NCBI RefSeq assembly: GCF_009914755.1
Contig: NC_060931.1
Direction: 5' to 3' (one strand)
From: the human T2T-CHM13v2.0 reference genome, Homo sapiens
Length of the DNA: 64,000 nt
Part shown: one piece after another, positions 51,090 to 64,000 of the stretch
How positions within the stretch are numbered: the stretch's first letter is position 1
How the letters are laid out: every line of letters begins with the position of its first letter
Program-made: the position numbers and the translations under genes
The notes under the pieces: generated by a model
Told to the model about the DNA's origin: nothing
Database searches by the model: none
What the model saw: the letters and a program-made list of their open reading frames with translations, nothing else

Positions 51090-52300
51090 TCTAAGGATAA
51101 TTAGGCAAGGGAGTTTCAAGTGATACCCCAGTGATGCCTCTAAGTTCCAAACACAGTCTTTTTTATTCTACTAAGTAACAGTAACCCAATTTGTTTCTAG
51201 TTATTGTGACAAATCACCCAGGAGAGTGTAGTGATCTCCACCTTCTCTGCCTGATGGTTCAGCAGCATGAGATGCCCAAAATGTCCTGGGAATTGTTTTA
51301 GCTTCCAGTTCATTGGGAAGATGTTGATATTGACTCATGGAAGCATTTGGGCATTATGACCTTCAAATTATTGAACCACATTATTTGGGACAGGACGCAA
51401 AATTTCTTCTACTGTGTGAATAATTGGGGCGGGGGGTGGGGGCGCTAACCACTTTGATTCATGCTTCCAATACCAGAACTTTGGGAGGTCAAGGTGGCAG
51501 GATTGCTTGAGCCCAGGATTTCATGATTGGTCTTGGAAACATAGTGAGATCCCATCTGTACAAAAAAAAAAAAAAAAAAAGAAAGAAAAATTAGCCAGGC
51601 ATAGTGGTGCATACCTGTAGTCCCAGCCACTTGAGAGGCTGAGGCCAGAAGGCAGGAGAATCGCTTGAGCCTGAGAGGTCAAGGCTGCAGTGAGCTGTGA
51701 TCGTGCCACTGCACTCCAGCCTGGGTGAGAGAGTGAGACCGTGTCTCAAAAAAAAAAGAAAAAGAAAAAAAAAAGAAAAGAGTAATTGGTGAGAAGAGCC
51801 ACTTCCACCTCTACGCTTTAACTCACAGACTTACACATCCTATTAATGAAGCCTAAATTGGTTGCTGGATTAAAACATATACCTCACTATGTAGGAATAC
51901 AATCCTCACCTCACAAGGTGTTGTCTCCTTGTTTGAACTGTAACTGAGCCTTTAGTGGGCCATTCCACTGTTCTTTCAAACTGGCTACCATTGCTATAAA
52001 ATGCGGTCCTAGTCAGAGAAGACATATAGGGGAAAATGGCAGTTGATCAAGTCATTCTACGAGTTCATGAATAGTGCTGCTTGCAGGAGCATTGCAGGCA
52101 GGGAAGGTAAATCTTTATGTAGAATATGTAGTTGTACCCATGAGAGCTGCCTTCTCTGATGGGAGGGGTCAACTTTTTTTTAGGGCCACCCTTGAGTGGG
52201 ACTGGAGTACAATATACATTCATTACCTTCCATCTTTTCTGCCAGCAGAGCTCTGATTTTCTTCTGAGAAGTCGTATCCATGTGCCAGAAAACAAGTAGG
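51090..52300 (-). mobile_element. ERV-L-class internal sequence: integrase plus dUTPase remnants, split by AluJ
   Basis: Minus translation: PLPS...TYST*RFTFPACNAPASSTIHEL...EQWNGPLKAQLQFKQGDNTL...VEVEVALLT...PMNWKLKQFPGHFGHLMLLNHQAEK...IGLLL...LPC, colinear with HERV-L IN/dUTPase. Confidence 0.85.
51428..51782 (+). mobile_element. AluJ with G-rich 5' extension
   Basis: TSD TAATTGG (51421-51427, 51783-51789). Confidence 0.9.
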
Positions 52301-52369
52301 GTTACTATTACCCAGTCACAAGAGATGAGTATTACAAATAAAATACTACAAAAAAAAATAGAACACTAG

Positions 52370-52735
52370 GCTATTCTAAGCCAGTCATGATTGTGTTTTT
52401 CCTTGCTAGGATACGTAATAAAATTTTAACTGAGATTTAATAGAATATGCTGAGGGACTTCTTGGAAATGAGTCCTCCTCCTAAAAGGTTATGTATAAAA
52501 GGAACAGACCCTTTCTGGCCTCTGCATGTTGTTATGTGCATTTGACACCTGGATCTAAAGCAAACATCTTGAGAAAATGAAGGACACTAGCTTAAGTGCA
52601 TAAGCTAACAAAGTGAGGATGGCATACTGGAAAGATGAAAACAACCTAGATCCTTGATAATGTTGTTAAGCCACTGAATTAGTCACTCATGGAATTGCTT
52701 TGCCTGTAAACTTATTGTGTGCAAAACAAGAAACA
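52370..52735 (+). mobile_element. MLT1J-type MaLR LTR
   Basis: 'gaggatggcatactggaaagatgaaaacaacctagatccttgataatgttgttaagccactgaatt'. Confidence 0.75.
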
Positions 52736-53077
52736 AAACTCCCAAATGTGGAAATGACTGAATGAAGGAGGTAGGGCAAAGGGCAAAGGTAAGGATCTTA
52801 CCCTTCATTCTAGAAATCTAGAAGTTTGGCAACCTTGCAGAGGTAGGGAAGAAAAAGATAACTAGGACATAGGACTAATAAAATCAGTCTCTCATTGAAT
52901 GATCTATAAAAGATAAAGGAGTCAAACTGGAACAAATATAGGATTATGGGTGGCTTCTTTCACTCAAGTCTATTTTTTTTTAACCCAAATCTACTTTTTA
53001 AAGCCTTCATGTAGAGACCATTAAAACTGAGAACGAAGGGGTTGATCAGTACACCAAATCTAAGTGCTGATAATTCT

Positions 53078-53502
53078 TTCTTTCTTCCTTTCTTTCTTTC
53101 CTCTTTCTTTCATTCTTTCTTTTCTTTCTTCCTTTCCTTCCTTCCTTCCTTCCTTCCTTCCTTCCTTCCTTCCTTCTTTCCTTCTCTCTTTCTTTCTTTC
53201 TTTGCTTTCTTTCTTTCTTTCGAGACAGGGTCTCACTCTGTCACCCAGGCTGAAGTACAGTGGCGTGATTTTGGCTCACTGCAACCTCTGCCTTCCAGGC
53301 TCTAGCAATCCTCCTACCTCAGCCTCCCAGGTATCTGGGACTACAGGCATGTGTCACTATGCCCAGCTAACTTTTGTATTTTTGGTAGAGATGAGGTTTC
53401 GCCATGTTGCCCAGGCTGGTCTCGAACTCCTGACCTCAGTTGATCCACCTGCCTCAGCCTCCCAAAGTGTGGGATTTCAGGCGTGAGCCACTGGGCCTGG
53501 CC
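53078..53502 (-). mobile_element. AluJ/S whose tail expanded into (TTTC)n/(TTCC)n (53078-53220)
   Basis: TSD GATAATTCT at 53069-53077 and 53503-53511. Confidence 0.92.
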
Positions 53503-53529
53503 GATAATTCTGTAAATGTAAGAGTAACT

Positions 53530-53675
53530 GTAGACTCCTCACTGTCATTACAACATTGGCATCATGTGAGAGTTTATTAGAATCTCAAGTTCTGTCTAGA
53601 TTTACATAATCAGAACCTGCATTTTAACAAGATTCCCAAGTGATTGATAAGAACATTAAAATTTGAGAAGCATTT
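53530..53675. mobile_element. MER5-type hAT MITE
   Basis: 'aatcagaacctgcattttaacaagattcccaagtgatt...aaaatttgagaagca'. Confidence 0.75.
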
Positions 53676-54779
53676 TTAAGGCAAAACTTTTGTATGGTAG
53701 TTATTAGCACATGGAATTGACTAGAAAAAAAATAGATGAAAAGCTTATTAGGTTCGTAAGGGAAGTGTATTCCCACTGAGTTTTCTATTGCTTGCTGCTT
53801 AATGCAAACTCATTTGTACTGAAGGAATAGTTTTTGAATGGAAATGGCTTAAACATACTTATAGCCTCTTTTTTGTTTAGTGTAGTAAATATTTTCAGAT
53901 TTTTGAAAACTATAAAAAGCATTAGCATTAGGATTCTGAGATCAGTAATTCTGTAAGATGCAGAAATAAGTATAAGTGAGGTTTTGGAACATGAAATGTT
54001 TAAATAACTGTTTAAGAAGACAATAAAGTCAATATCACATGAAAGGAACATGATTAGCTTACAAATGCAAGCAACTCAATGTCATTGTTAGGCACTATCT
54101 AGGTACTGGGAGTAAAAAATATGAATGGCATAATCCTTGCCTGAATGAAACACACAATCTAAATAAACTGTAAACCAATTGTCAGATTAAAATGAGCAGG
54201 CAAAAATAAGGGGTATGTTTTGGTAGTCTTTGGCATATACATCTCCAAACAACAGGCAGAAGCTTCATAGTAAGCTTTACATTTTTTCTTAAGTTAAAAA
54301 ATAAAAACTTTCCAGCATACATTATTCTTCTCCTGCAAGCAGTACCACAATATTTTTTAAGGTGCCAACTCTCCCCTATTTTTGATGTATGTGGTTCAAG
54401 TTAAGCTACACCATTGCTCCAGGGTAGAGGCATGAGATACAGGTCTGGCCAATCAGAAACGAGTATAGTATTGTTTCCAGCTATCATCCTTCCCTCCAGC
54501 ATCTCCCCAACTCAAGAGGAAGAAATCATTCACTAGAGTAGGAAGTCTGGACAACCAGAAAAATGATTCCATTTGTAGTGATAGAAATGTCAGTAAGTGA
54601 AGAGCATTTGGGAAGGAAGATGAAGAATTCCACTTTAGATAATGAGATTTAATTTAAAATGTTATTATTTCTTTTTGATTGTGAAAGTAATGCCTGGTTT
54701 TGCAGATAATTTTGAATATAGGCAAAAGTGAAAGAAAAACATTTAAAATACTTTCTCAAACACCTATTCTGTATCCTTG

Positions 54780-56311
<1,532 letters not shown>

Positions 56312-57070
56312 TCAGGTAACTCTCTAAAAATATTTTTTATTCAGTTTTTCAGGCTTTCTTAAGAGGAACAATCAGATTGTATATTCTTTATTTTGCGGTT
56401 GTGACACTTCAAATTTTTTGAATTATTTTTTGTGTAAGATGTGTATTTTGTGATAAAATCCTGAAATAGTATCTTAGCACTAGTGCTTTATTTTATAACA
56501 TTTCCATGAAAACAAGACATTAGTTCAAAAACAATTAAAATTTAGAAAATTCTCGTTGTCTGCTTAATGGCAGATATTTCAAAAATCATTGAGTTTGATT
56601 AGTAATTCTCATGATTTGTTAGCTTTAAACAAAAAGTTGTTCATTGTAGTAGAAAAATAAACATCAACAAAAATAAATCTATTTAAATATAACATCTTTA
56701 TAAGAAATGTAAACTATGACTTCAGAAAATATTCTTTGAAAAATTGTGTGTAGTTTTTTAGATTAATGATGTGCTTAAATTTAAAATAAATCTCTTTTAA
56801 ATGGTCCAAAAATACAAATGCAGCAAGCAAAATAAAGATGTTGAAATATTTTATTTAATTTAAATTTAACATCCAGAAAAATAACAAAATACTTATATAA
56901 ATTATACTCATGAGAGAAAAATATATTCAAAAATGGGTATTCTGAAACTTTAAAAACCTATTTTATGGTTTAATAAATTTGAACCTTAGCAGACAGAGCA
57001 TACCAAAGAATTACAATCGAATAGAATGCCTAATTTGCACTGATATTTGTGTTTTCTCATACTTCCACGT

Positions 57071-57507
57071 TGTTAGTATCAGAATTTTTAAGATCTTACA
57101 TGACCAAGATGAATTAAGATTACAAACAGAATTAAGGTTGTTAATCAGTTGACCTTGAAATAGGGAGATTATCCTGGATTATCTAGGTGGATCCAGTGTA
57201 ATTATTGAGAGCCTGAAAAGATGGAAGAGGAAGGCAAAAGAGGGGTCAGTGTGAGAGAAAGGCTTGAAGATACTATGTTTTAAAGATGGAAGAAGGGGCC
57301 TGGAGACAAGCTGGAATCTGGAAAAGACAAAAAATAGATCTCCCCTAGACCCTTCAGAAAGAATGCGGCCCTTCAGACGCCATGGTTTTAGTCCAGTGAT
57401 ACCTATGTCAGACTTCTGATCTCTATGACTACACAGTGATAAAGTTGTGTTGTTTAAGCCACTAACTGTGTAATAAATCGTTACAGCAAAAATAGGAAAC
57501 TGATACA
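57071..57507 (+). mobile_element. MLT1D MaLR LTR
   Basis: 'ggagattatcctggattatctaggtgg', ends 'aggaaactgataca'. Confidence 0.88.
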
Positions 57508-59127
57508 ACACCAACTCTTTAAATGTATTAAGACATCTTGCAAAGACCAGCTGATAGAATCCATCTGAAAAGATTATAATTAAAGATATTTCAAATTGGT
57601 AAATTTGCATATAATGGAAATGTCAGCTTTCTGCATTCTTATCAAATTTACTTGAAGACAGATACTATTTTTATGATAGAATCATAAATGGCTACCTAGC
57701 TTATCTTTCAATATGAAAACCTAAACAGGAAGATATAATTTGTCAAGTTAATTCTCATGGGAACATCATAAAATGGATTATTGTTGGTTAAATTGGACAT
57801 TCATACATTGATGCCATTATCTCCAGACCTTTTTCAACAAGGTCTAAAGAACTACACTTTTGAGATTCACTATGGAAATTTGTTGTCACCAAGAATTCAA
57901 ATAATGCTTTTAAAATAATAATATTAATAAAAACCTTCCTTTAATATTTCTGAACCAGAGAGGTTACTATTCTACCCGGTTTATACTTTTAGACTCAAAT
58001 TATTTTAGGTAAAAGAGTAAAAAGCTCAAAATTGTGTTTTAGGAAAAAAAAAGTAGCAAGATAAGAAACAGTTTGGACTTCTAGCAAGGATGACTTTGTA
58101 AGTTCATACTTTTGGTTAAACCCATGTTTCCAAACACATTGTGATGACAAAATATAAAACAATAAAATAAAGACCCAACCTGGAACAAAAAGAAGATAAC
58201 TTCCCTGTAGAGCAAACAAACAACACAAAGAGTAGACAGAAGCAATGAACCTGCTCAACTCAAGGTCCAGAGAAAGCAGAGGCAGCCAAGAATTAGCTCA
58301 TGTAGAGAACTGGAATTAAAATATTTCATATGGATTAAGGGGACCCCTTGAAACCTAGGGATTTTGTGGATTCCCTGATGCTAATAATACAGGAACTGGA
58401 ACTGTGCTTATATGCTTTCATGCCCGGGGAAGCAGGTGAAAATACACACAGCATCACAAGGAAACTGAAATAAATTGTTTGGGACTCGTATGCAAGAGCC
58501 CCAACAGTACCCTAGTGCAGAATGCATTTCAGGATTTGGTTATGGGTTTGGAACTACAGTAAATGAAACACCATTAGACAGAAAGTTATGGAGAAAGAGT
58601 AAGAGTGAAAGTAAGAGAGAGCAACAGTGGAGAGAAAGTAGGAGAGATCCTACAAAAAACATTAAAAAGATAGCCAAAAGTATACAACCAGAGATCAATT
58701 CTTCTTAAGTGAAATTGAAATAATAGTACAGTCTGAAAATATGCTTTTAAAGCATATGTTTAGGAGGCTGAAAAATCTAACATTCATACAAAATAAATAA
58801 TTAGCTTGAGAATATTAAGGGAATCAATTTGAAATCTTAGATGAAACAAAATTATTAAAATACAAAGATGTATACCTAGAAGAAACTCCAAACTGAGCAC
58901 AGAAAAAAAAAGATGAAACAACAGATTTCTGAGGGGCTAACCCAGAATATAGCACACAGAGTACAAGAGTAAAAGAAAGAGAAGGAGGAGGAGGAGGAAG
59001 TAGAGGAGGAAGAGGAGGAAAAAGAGTATTGCAAGACATGAAGGATAGATCAAGAGCCTCCGATAAATAACTAATAAGGTATTTCATAACTATAAGGTGG
59101 TCCTGGCTCGATAGTGTCCTCAGATGG

Positions 59128-59578
59128 TGTGATGGTTAATATTAAGTGTCAACTTGATTGGATTGAAGGATGCAAAGTATTGTTCCTGGGTGTGTCTGTG
59201 AGGGTGTTGCCAAAGGAGATTAACATTTGAGTCAGTGGACTGGGAAAGGCAGACCCACCCTTAATCTGAGTGGCCATGGTCTGATCAGCTGCCAGCCCAG
59301 CCAGAATAAAAGCAAGCAGAAGAACATGAAAAGACTAGACTGGTTCAGTCTTCTGGCCTACATCTTTCTCCCGTGCTGGATGCTTCCTGCCCTGGAATAT
59401 TGGGCTCTAGGTTCTTCAGTTTCGGGATTCAGGCTGGCTTCCTTGCTCTCAGCTTGCAGAGAGCCTATTGTGAGACCTCACCTTGTGATCCTGTGAGTCA
59501 ATACTCCTTAGTAAACTCCCCTTTATATATACATCTAACCTATTAGTGCTATCCCTCTAGAGAACCCTGACTAATACA
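59128..59578 (+). mobile_element. MLT2A (HERV-L) solo LTR
   Basis: 'tgtgatggttaatattaagtgtcaacttgattggattgaaggatgc'...'gaaccctgactaataca'; TSD GATGG (59123-59127, 59579-59583). Confidence 0.95.
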
Positions 59579-60103
59579 GATGGCTAGGAGAAGCAATTTC
59601 AGGTATTTCTGAAGAAACATATCTGTCTTCATTCTCATTGAATGATCACAGATAAAGTTTCAAGAAAAGTAAACATATCATCAAAATCTGCAAAACAAGG
59701 AAATAAGACACTATAAGCAAGAAAGAACAGAAACAAAGAGGCAACTGAATTAAATTCCAAGTCTTCAATTATAAGGATTGTCAGGAAACAGAATATTAGT
59801 ATGTTCAATATGCTTAAAAATATAAAAAAGGCTACAAATGTGAACAAATATGAAAAGACTGGAAAGTCATCTTATCTAGCTGAGAAACAAATAGAACTTA
59901 TATAAAATAAAATACATAATTATTTAAATGAAAAACAAATTAATGGGAAGAATTAGCGGTAATTTAAGTATAAATAGATTTTTAAAATTAGTGGATGGAA
60001 GACACAGATAAAGAAATTACTCAGAATGTGGCACATAGAGACAGAAGTAGAAAACATGAAAGAATGGTTAAGAGACAAATGATAATGTGAGGAGATATAG
60101 AAG

Positions 60104-60129
60104 GTGTGTGTGTGTGTGTGTGTGTGTGT
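60104..60129. repeat. (GT)13 microsatellite
   Basis: Direct read. Confidence 0.97.
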
Positions 60130-61101
60130 AATTGCAAGGAGGGTAAAATGACTCGTAAAAAATAAAAATTGCGATTCATCATAGTGAAATGGCAGAAATT
60201 AATGACACAAAGAAGAGCACTTAGAGAGAAAAACAGATTATCTTTAAAGGGACGGAAACCAAAACCATAGAGAACAATTTATATTATATTATTAAAGTCT
60301 TGGGAAAATTTATGCCAGCCAGACACTAGCCAAATAAACTAATTTAGTACTTTTAATACCAGGCAAAATAGAACTCAAGGTAACAGAGGATATACAATAC
60401 CAATGCACAGTAATTTTAAAAACCTACCAGAAGTAACACTAATCTCAAAACTAGAACTAACAAACTCGATTTCAGAATAGATTGGAGAAAGAAAAAAAAA
60501 TTGCAGTGTGAAATTTAATGAGAAAAATAAGGAGATAAACTTGTCTGTTGAATGTGGTATTAGAGATTCAATGTTGATCTTCAAGAGAGCAGTATTATGA
60601 AACTGACTGAAGAGTAAACCAGTTTGCAATAGGAAAAAAATGAAGGACAGGTGAGAAAGTGAAGATTTCAGAATTGTATCTGGGGAGCGAGAGGGAGAGC
60701 TAATGCCAAAGCTGGAAGGGACCATGTGGCCAAGAGAGATTTTTTTTTCTTTTTTCTTCTAAAACCTGGACATCCTTTTCAACAGAATTTGAATGTGATT
60801 TTTGCTTGCCAATGTGGAAAATTATAATAATACTCTTCTTTATTGGTCCTTTTCCTCTCTTGTCACACAAGTGGAGGAATCAAAAAAGAAAGCCCTTTGA
60901 GGTCAGGCCTTGGGTCACGTGCTACTTTGTTAGCATGAGTGCAAGAAAGAAAGGTGAGATGTCATTTAGCCATACCCACATGCATGACTTCCTACTGCCC
61001 TGTGATACCACCTGGTACAGTAGCCCCCTTGGAGTCCTGGGAGCTGACCAACTGGGTAAGCAACTCCTCCCTCAAGGGAGAGAGGTGAAGTAAACCAGAG
61101 G

Positions 61102-61503
61102 TTCTTAAGTGTCGAATTTTGTCCCTGGCCTGGACCCTCCCAAATTCATACATTGTAGCTATAACCTGTAGTACCTTAGAATGTGACTCTGTTTGGAAAT
61201 AGAGTCTTTAAAGAGGTAATTAAGTCAAAATGCAGTCGTTGGAGTGGGCCCTAAACCATTATGACTGATATCTTTATAAGAAGTGGAGATTAGAGCACCA
61301 CCAGACGCAGAGGGGAAACCGTCTGAAGACACAGGGATAAGATATCCATCTGCAAGGTGAGGCGAGAGGCCTCAGAAGAGATCAATCATGCTGACACCTT
61401 AATCTCAGATTTCTGGCCTCCAGAATTATGAGAAAATAAATTTCTGTGGTGTAAGCCACCCAGTCTGTGGTACTTTGTTATGACAGCTCTGGCCAACTGA
61501 TAG
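61102..61503 (+). mobile_element. MLT1B MaLR LTR
   Basis: 'cttagaatgtgactctgtttggaaatag', 'aagccacccagtctgtggtactttgttatg'. Confidence 0.88.
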
Positions 61504-62219
61504 AGGACTGGATGAAATTCTGAACTCATTTTCTCCCTAGTGTCCCAAACCTCTTTTTTATCTTATTATTTTATTTTATTTTAATTATTTTATTTTATTT
61601 TAATTCTTTTATTTTAAATTTAAGGTGTGACAGGGCATTGCAGCCAAGCCCACAGTCAGAGGAAAGATCAGAATCAAATATTCAGATAAGATCAGAGAGG
61701 TTGACCTTAAAAGTCCCAAAAAGGAGTCAGCACAAAGCCACATTTTCCACTATACTGAAAAAGTAGCCCTTGCTCTTTTTCTCTGTCTTGAATTATGCTC
61801 AGAGGTGTTGTGCAGCCCTTTGCACTAGGAATGAAGCTTGTTATGCCCAGGTGATAAGGTAGCTCAAATAAAAAATAACACTAATAATTTCAAATTAACA
61901 GTTTGAAGAAAATGACCCCATTTCTTTACTAAAAACCCACAAAAGAAAATTGATGCCCCCAAAAAAAGTTAAGTCCACATAGTAAAAACCCTCTTTCCTT
62001 GTGGTCACAGATAAATGTAAAATATTCTTTAGGTAAAAGTGATTAGAAAAATAAAGTCAAAGTTCACAAAGCTATATCTTTTTTTATTTGTCCAGAAATA
62101 CTAAAGTTTAGAAATATAAATTTCCCTATCACACAAACCTTGTGACATTTCCAATAATTTCAGATATACTTGGAGATAGTTTTCATAATTAAAATAAATG
62201 AAAATATTTTAATTTCAAA

Positions 62220-62460
62220 ATACTTAGTAAAATGTCCTGGGCTTTAGAATTAAATCTTATGTGTTTGAATCCTGAATCTGTCACTTACTAATGGTGTAAC
62301 ATTTTGTGACATACTCTGTAGTTCTCTGGCTCCCAGGGTTCTCTTATGCAAATAAGAATAATAATGCAAACCACACATGATATTTTAAAGATAAAGTAAG
62401 AAAGTTTGAGCCAAACCATTTTGTGAAGCTTAAGGTACATTATTTGGGGTGCTATTTTTA
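62220..62460 (+). mobile_element. MIR SINE
   Basis: 'gtttgaatcctgaatctgtcacttacta'. Confidence 0.7.
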
Positions 62461-64000
62461 TTATTTTTATTTACCTTTGAGTAAGTAAGAAAAGGGCCCC
62501 AAGGAATTTTTCTTTCCAAAACTGTTTTTTAAAGCCTGTCTTTCTCATATAGCATCTGAGACCTCTGCTTGGTAGCTATCAACTTTTGCCATGTTATATT
62601 CTGAACACAGCCTATGAAAAAATATAAAAATGTCATGAAATCCAAATCTCCCCATTTCTAACACTCCAAACTGTCTATCTTTGTTTTACTCTGCATTGTA
62701 TATTTTTAAAATAGATAGTAGGAAGCAATGGCCATTCTGGCTTGCTGCAGTCAGAGCTGTACTGTAAGGGGTAGATACGTAAAACACCCATCCCTCAGAG
62801 GCCAATGCAAGGGAGCCCTGAAGATTAGCCTTGGCCTTGAGGTTTTCTCCAAGCAAACATCTTATCAGGCCAATGGAAGACAAAATGTGCACTTACATTA
62901 AAAAAAAAAAAAGAAAAAAGGAAAAGTTTACTCTGGATTTAACTTTAAACCCAGGAATGTGTGATGGTATGCTATAAATTGTCTTTAAGGTGGGAACATC
63001 GAAAGTCAAACTTCTAAGTACCTGAAAGAAAAATTTGAAGCTTCTTGTTCTTTTGAGTGTCAAGTGACCAGATATGTGTACCACGTCTATGGAACTTAAT
63101 GATATAGGTTGTCTACCCTTTAATATTTATGATGTTATCTAAAGGCTGTATATACTTGACATTTCCAGGGCCAATTTTTGGAAATGGTCTTAACCCAGCT
63201 TCTAAATTTGCAAACACAAACTATTTGGGCAAATACTTCTGGTGGTTAGATAACAATGCAGTGTTTGAGAATATTATTTGATGCACATAATTTTAGAGAA
63301 TGTGCTGGAAGAAGGTAAAGTAGGCTCCCCACTACACACAAATAAAACTTTTAAAAACCTTAAAGTTCAGTCATATCCACAAAGTTTTTATCTAAAAAAT
63401 GAAAAGGAATGACAGAATTTAGGAATAGCTTATTAAACACATCAGATGACCTCAAATATTCACTTAACATCATCATCATTTGAAAGTACCTTCCTAAATA
63501 AAGACAGGTAGCATATCATTATCTGTTTTATTCCTGGGGATTTGACTCCCTCATCTCGTCTTTCCCATTATAGATAATTACTAAAACACCAAACACTAAT
63601 CAAGAGATCTATGGGGATCAAATAAGTAGGAAAGGATTCTCTCTTCCTCCCAGGTACTTGAATGGGGGACTAGGGGGAATAATTTTCTATGGTCTAACTG
63701 GTCAATGTACTATTCATGTTTTTCAGTGCATTCATTTGAACATCAGCTTAATACAGTCACCATGCCTAAATTCTAGTAATAAAATCAATACAAAATGGAA
63801 TTTTCTAAACTGCGTTTAATTTAATTGTGATTTTCCTTTATTTGTATCTTAAAAAAATCTTTTCAAAGCTCTATGAGTGGTCTGCCCAAAGTGTAAGTGC
63901 CTGATTGATTGACAGATTATTTTACAACTAGTACTTATTATTCCTTTCTATTAAGAGCTGAGTGGCTTTTAAAGTAAAAACATTAGGGTGAAAAAAAGGT

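Larger units (their letters stand above)
58100..60360 (+). mobile_element. Old L1ME 5'/ORF1 remnants, interrupted by MLT2A
   Basis: A-rich ORF1-like motifs 'gaaattactcagaatgtggcacatagagac', 'gaaaaacagattatctttaaagg'. Confidence 0.6.

Noticed and set aside
56400-57950. Possible hAT-Charlie transposase remnant (CLMADISK-like motif) around MLT1D
   Set aside because: Too short and degenerate to support without an HMM search.
58978-59022. GGA-rich run giving a poly-Pro ORF on the minus strand
   Set aside because: Simple purine repeat inside an L1 remnant.

Overview
AT-rich, CpG-poor human/primate non-coding DNA (gene desert or large intron). I cannot support any intact protein-coding gene; the supplied ORFs are almost all Alu, L1, LTR or low-complexity artefacts. 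The window is a mosaic of Alu (J/S/Y), L1 (old L1M to near-L1HS), L2, MIR, MaLR/ERVL LTRs and DNA transposons (Tigger3a, MER82, MER1B, MER5). The main hidden signal, missed by the ORF track, is a decayed Ty3/Gypsy-type gag of the PNMA/MOAP1 capsid family on the + strand at ~47.44-49.38 kb. It runs from the N-terminal linker through both capsid subdomains to a degenerate CCHC knuckle. It is split by an antisense solo ERV9 LTR12 (4-bp CTAG TSD) whose CCAAT-array promoter points back through the capsid remnant. Nearby is a fossil ERV-L integrase-dUTPase segment (51.1-52.3 kb, minus strand). Other notable items are a tail-less AluY fused directly to a near-L1HS 3' end inside one TSD, a very young AluY with an A47 tail, an orphan internal L1 ORF2 fragment bounded by a 10-bp inverted repeat, and several strong minus-strand splice-site pairs suggesting a spliced lncRNA. 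Family and subfamily calls and protein comparisons rely on recalled consensus sequences, not on a run search.
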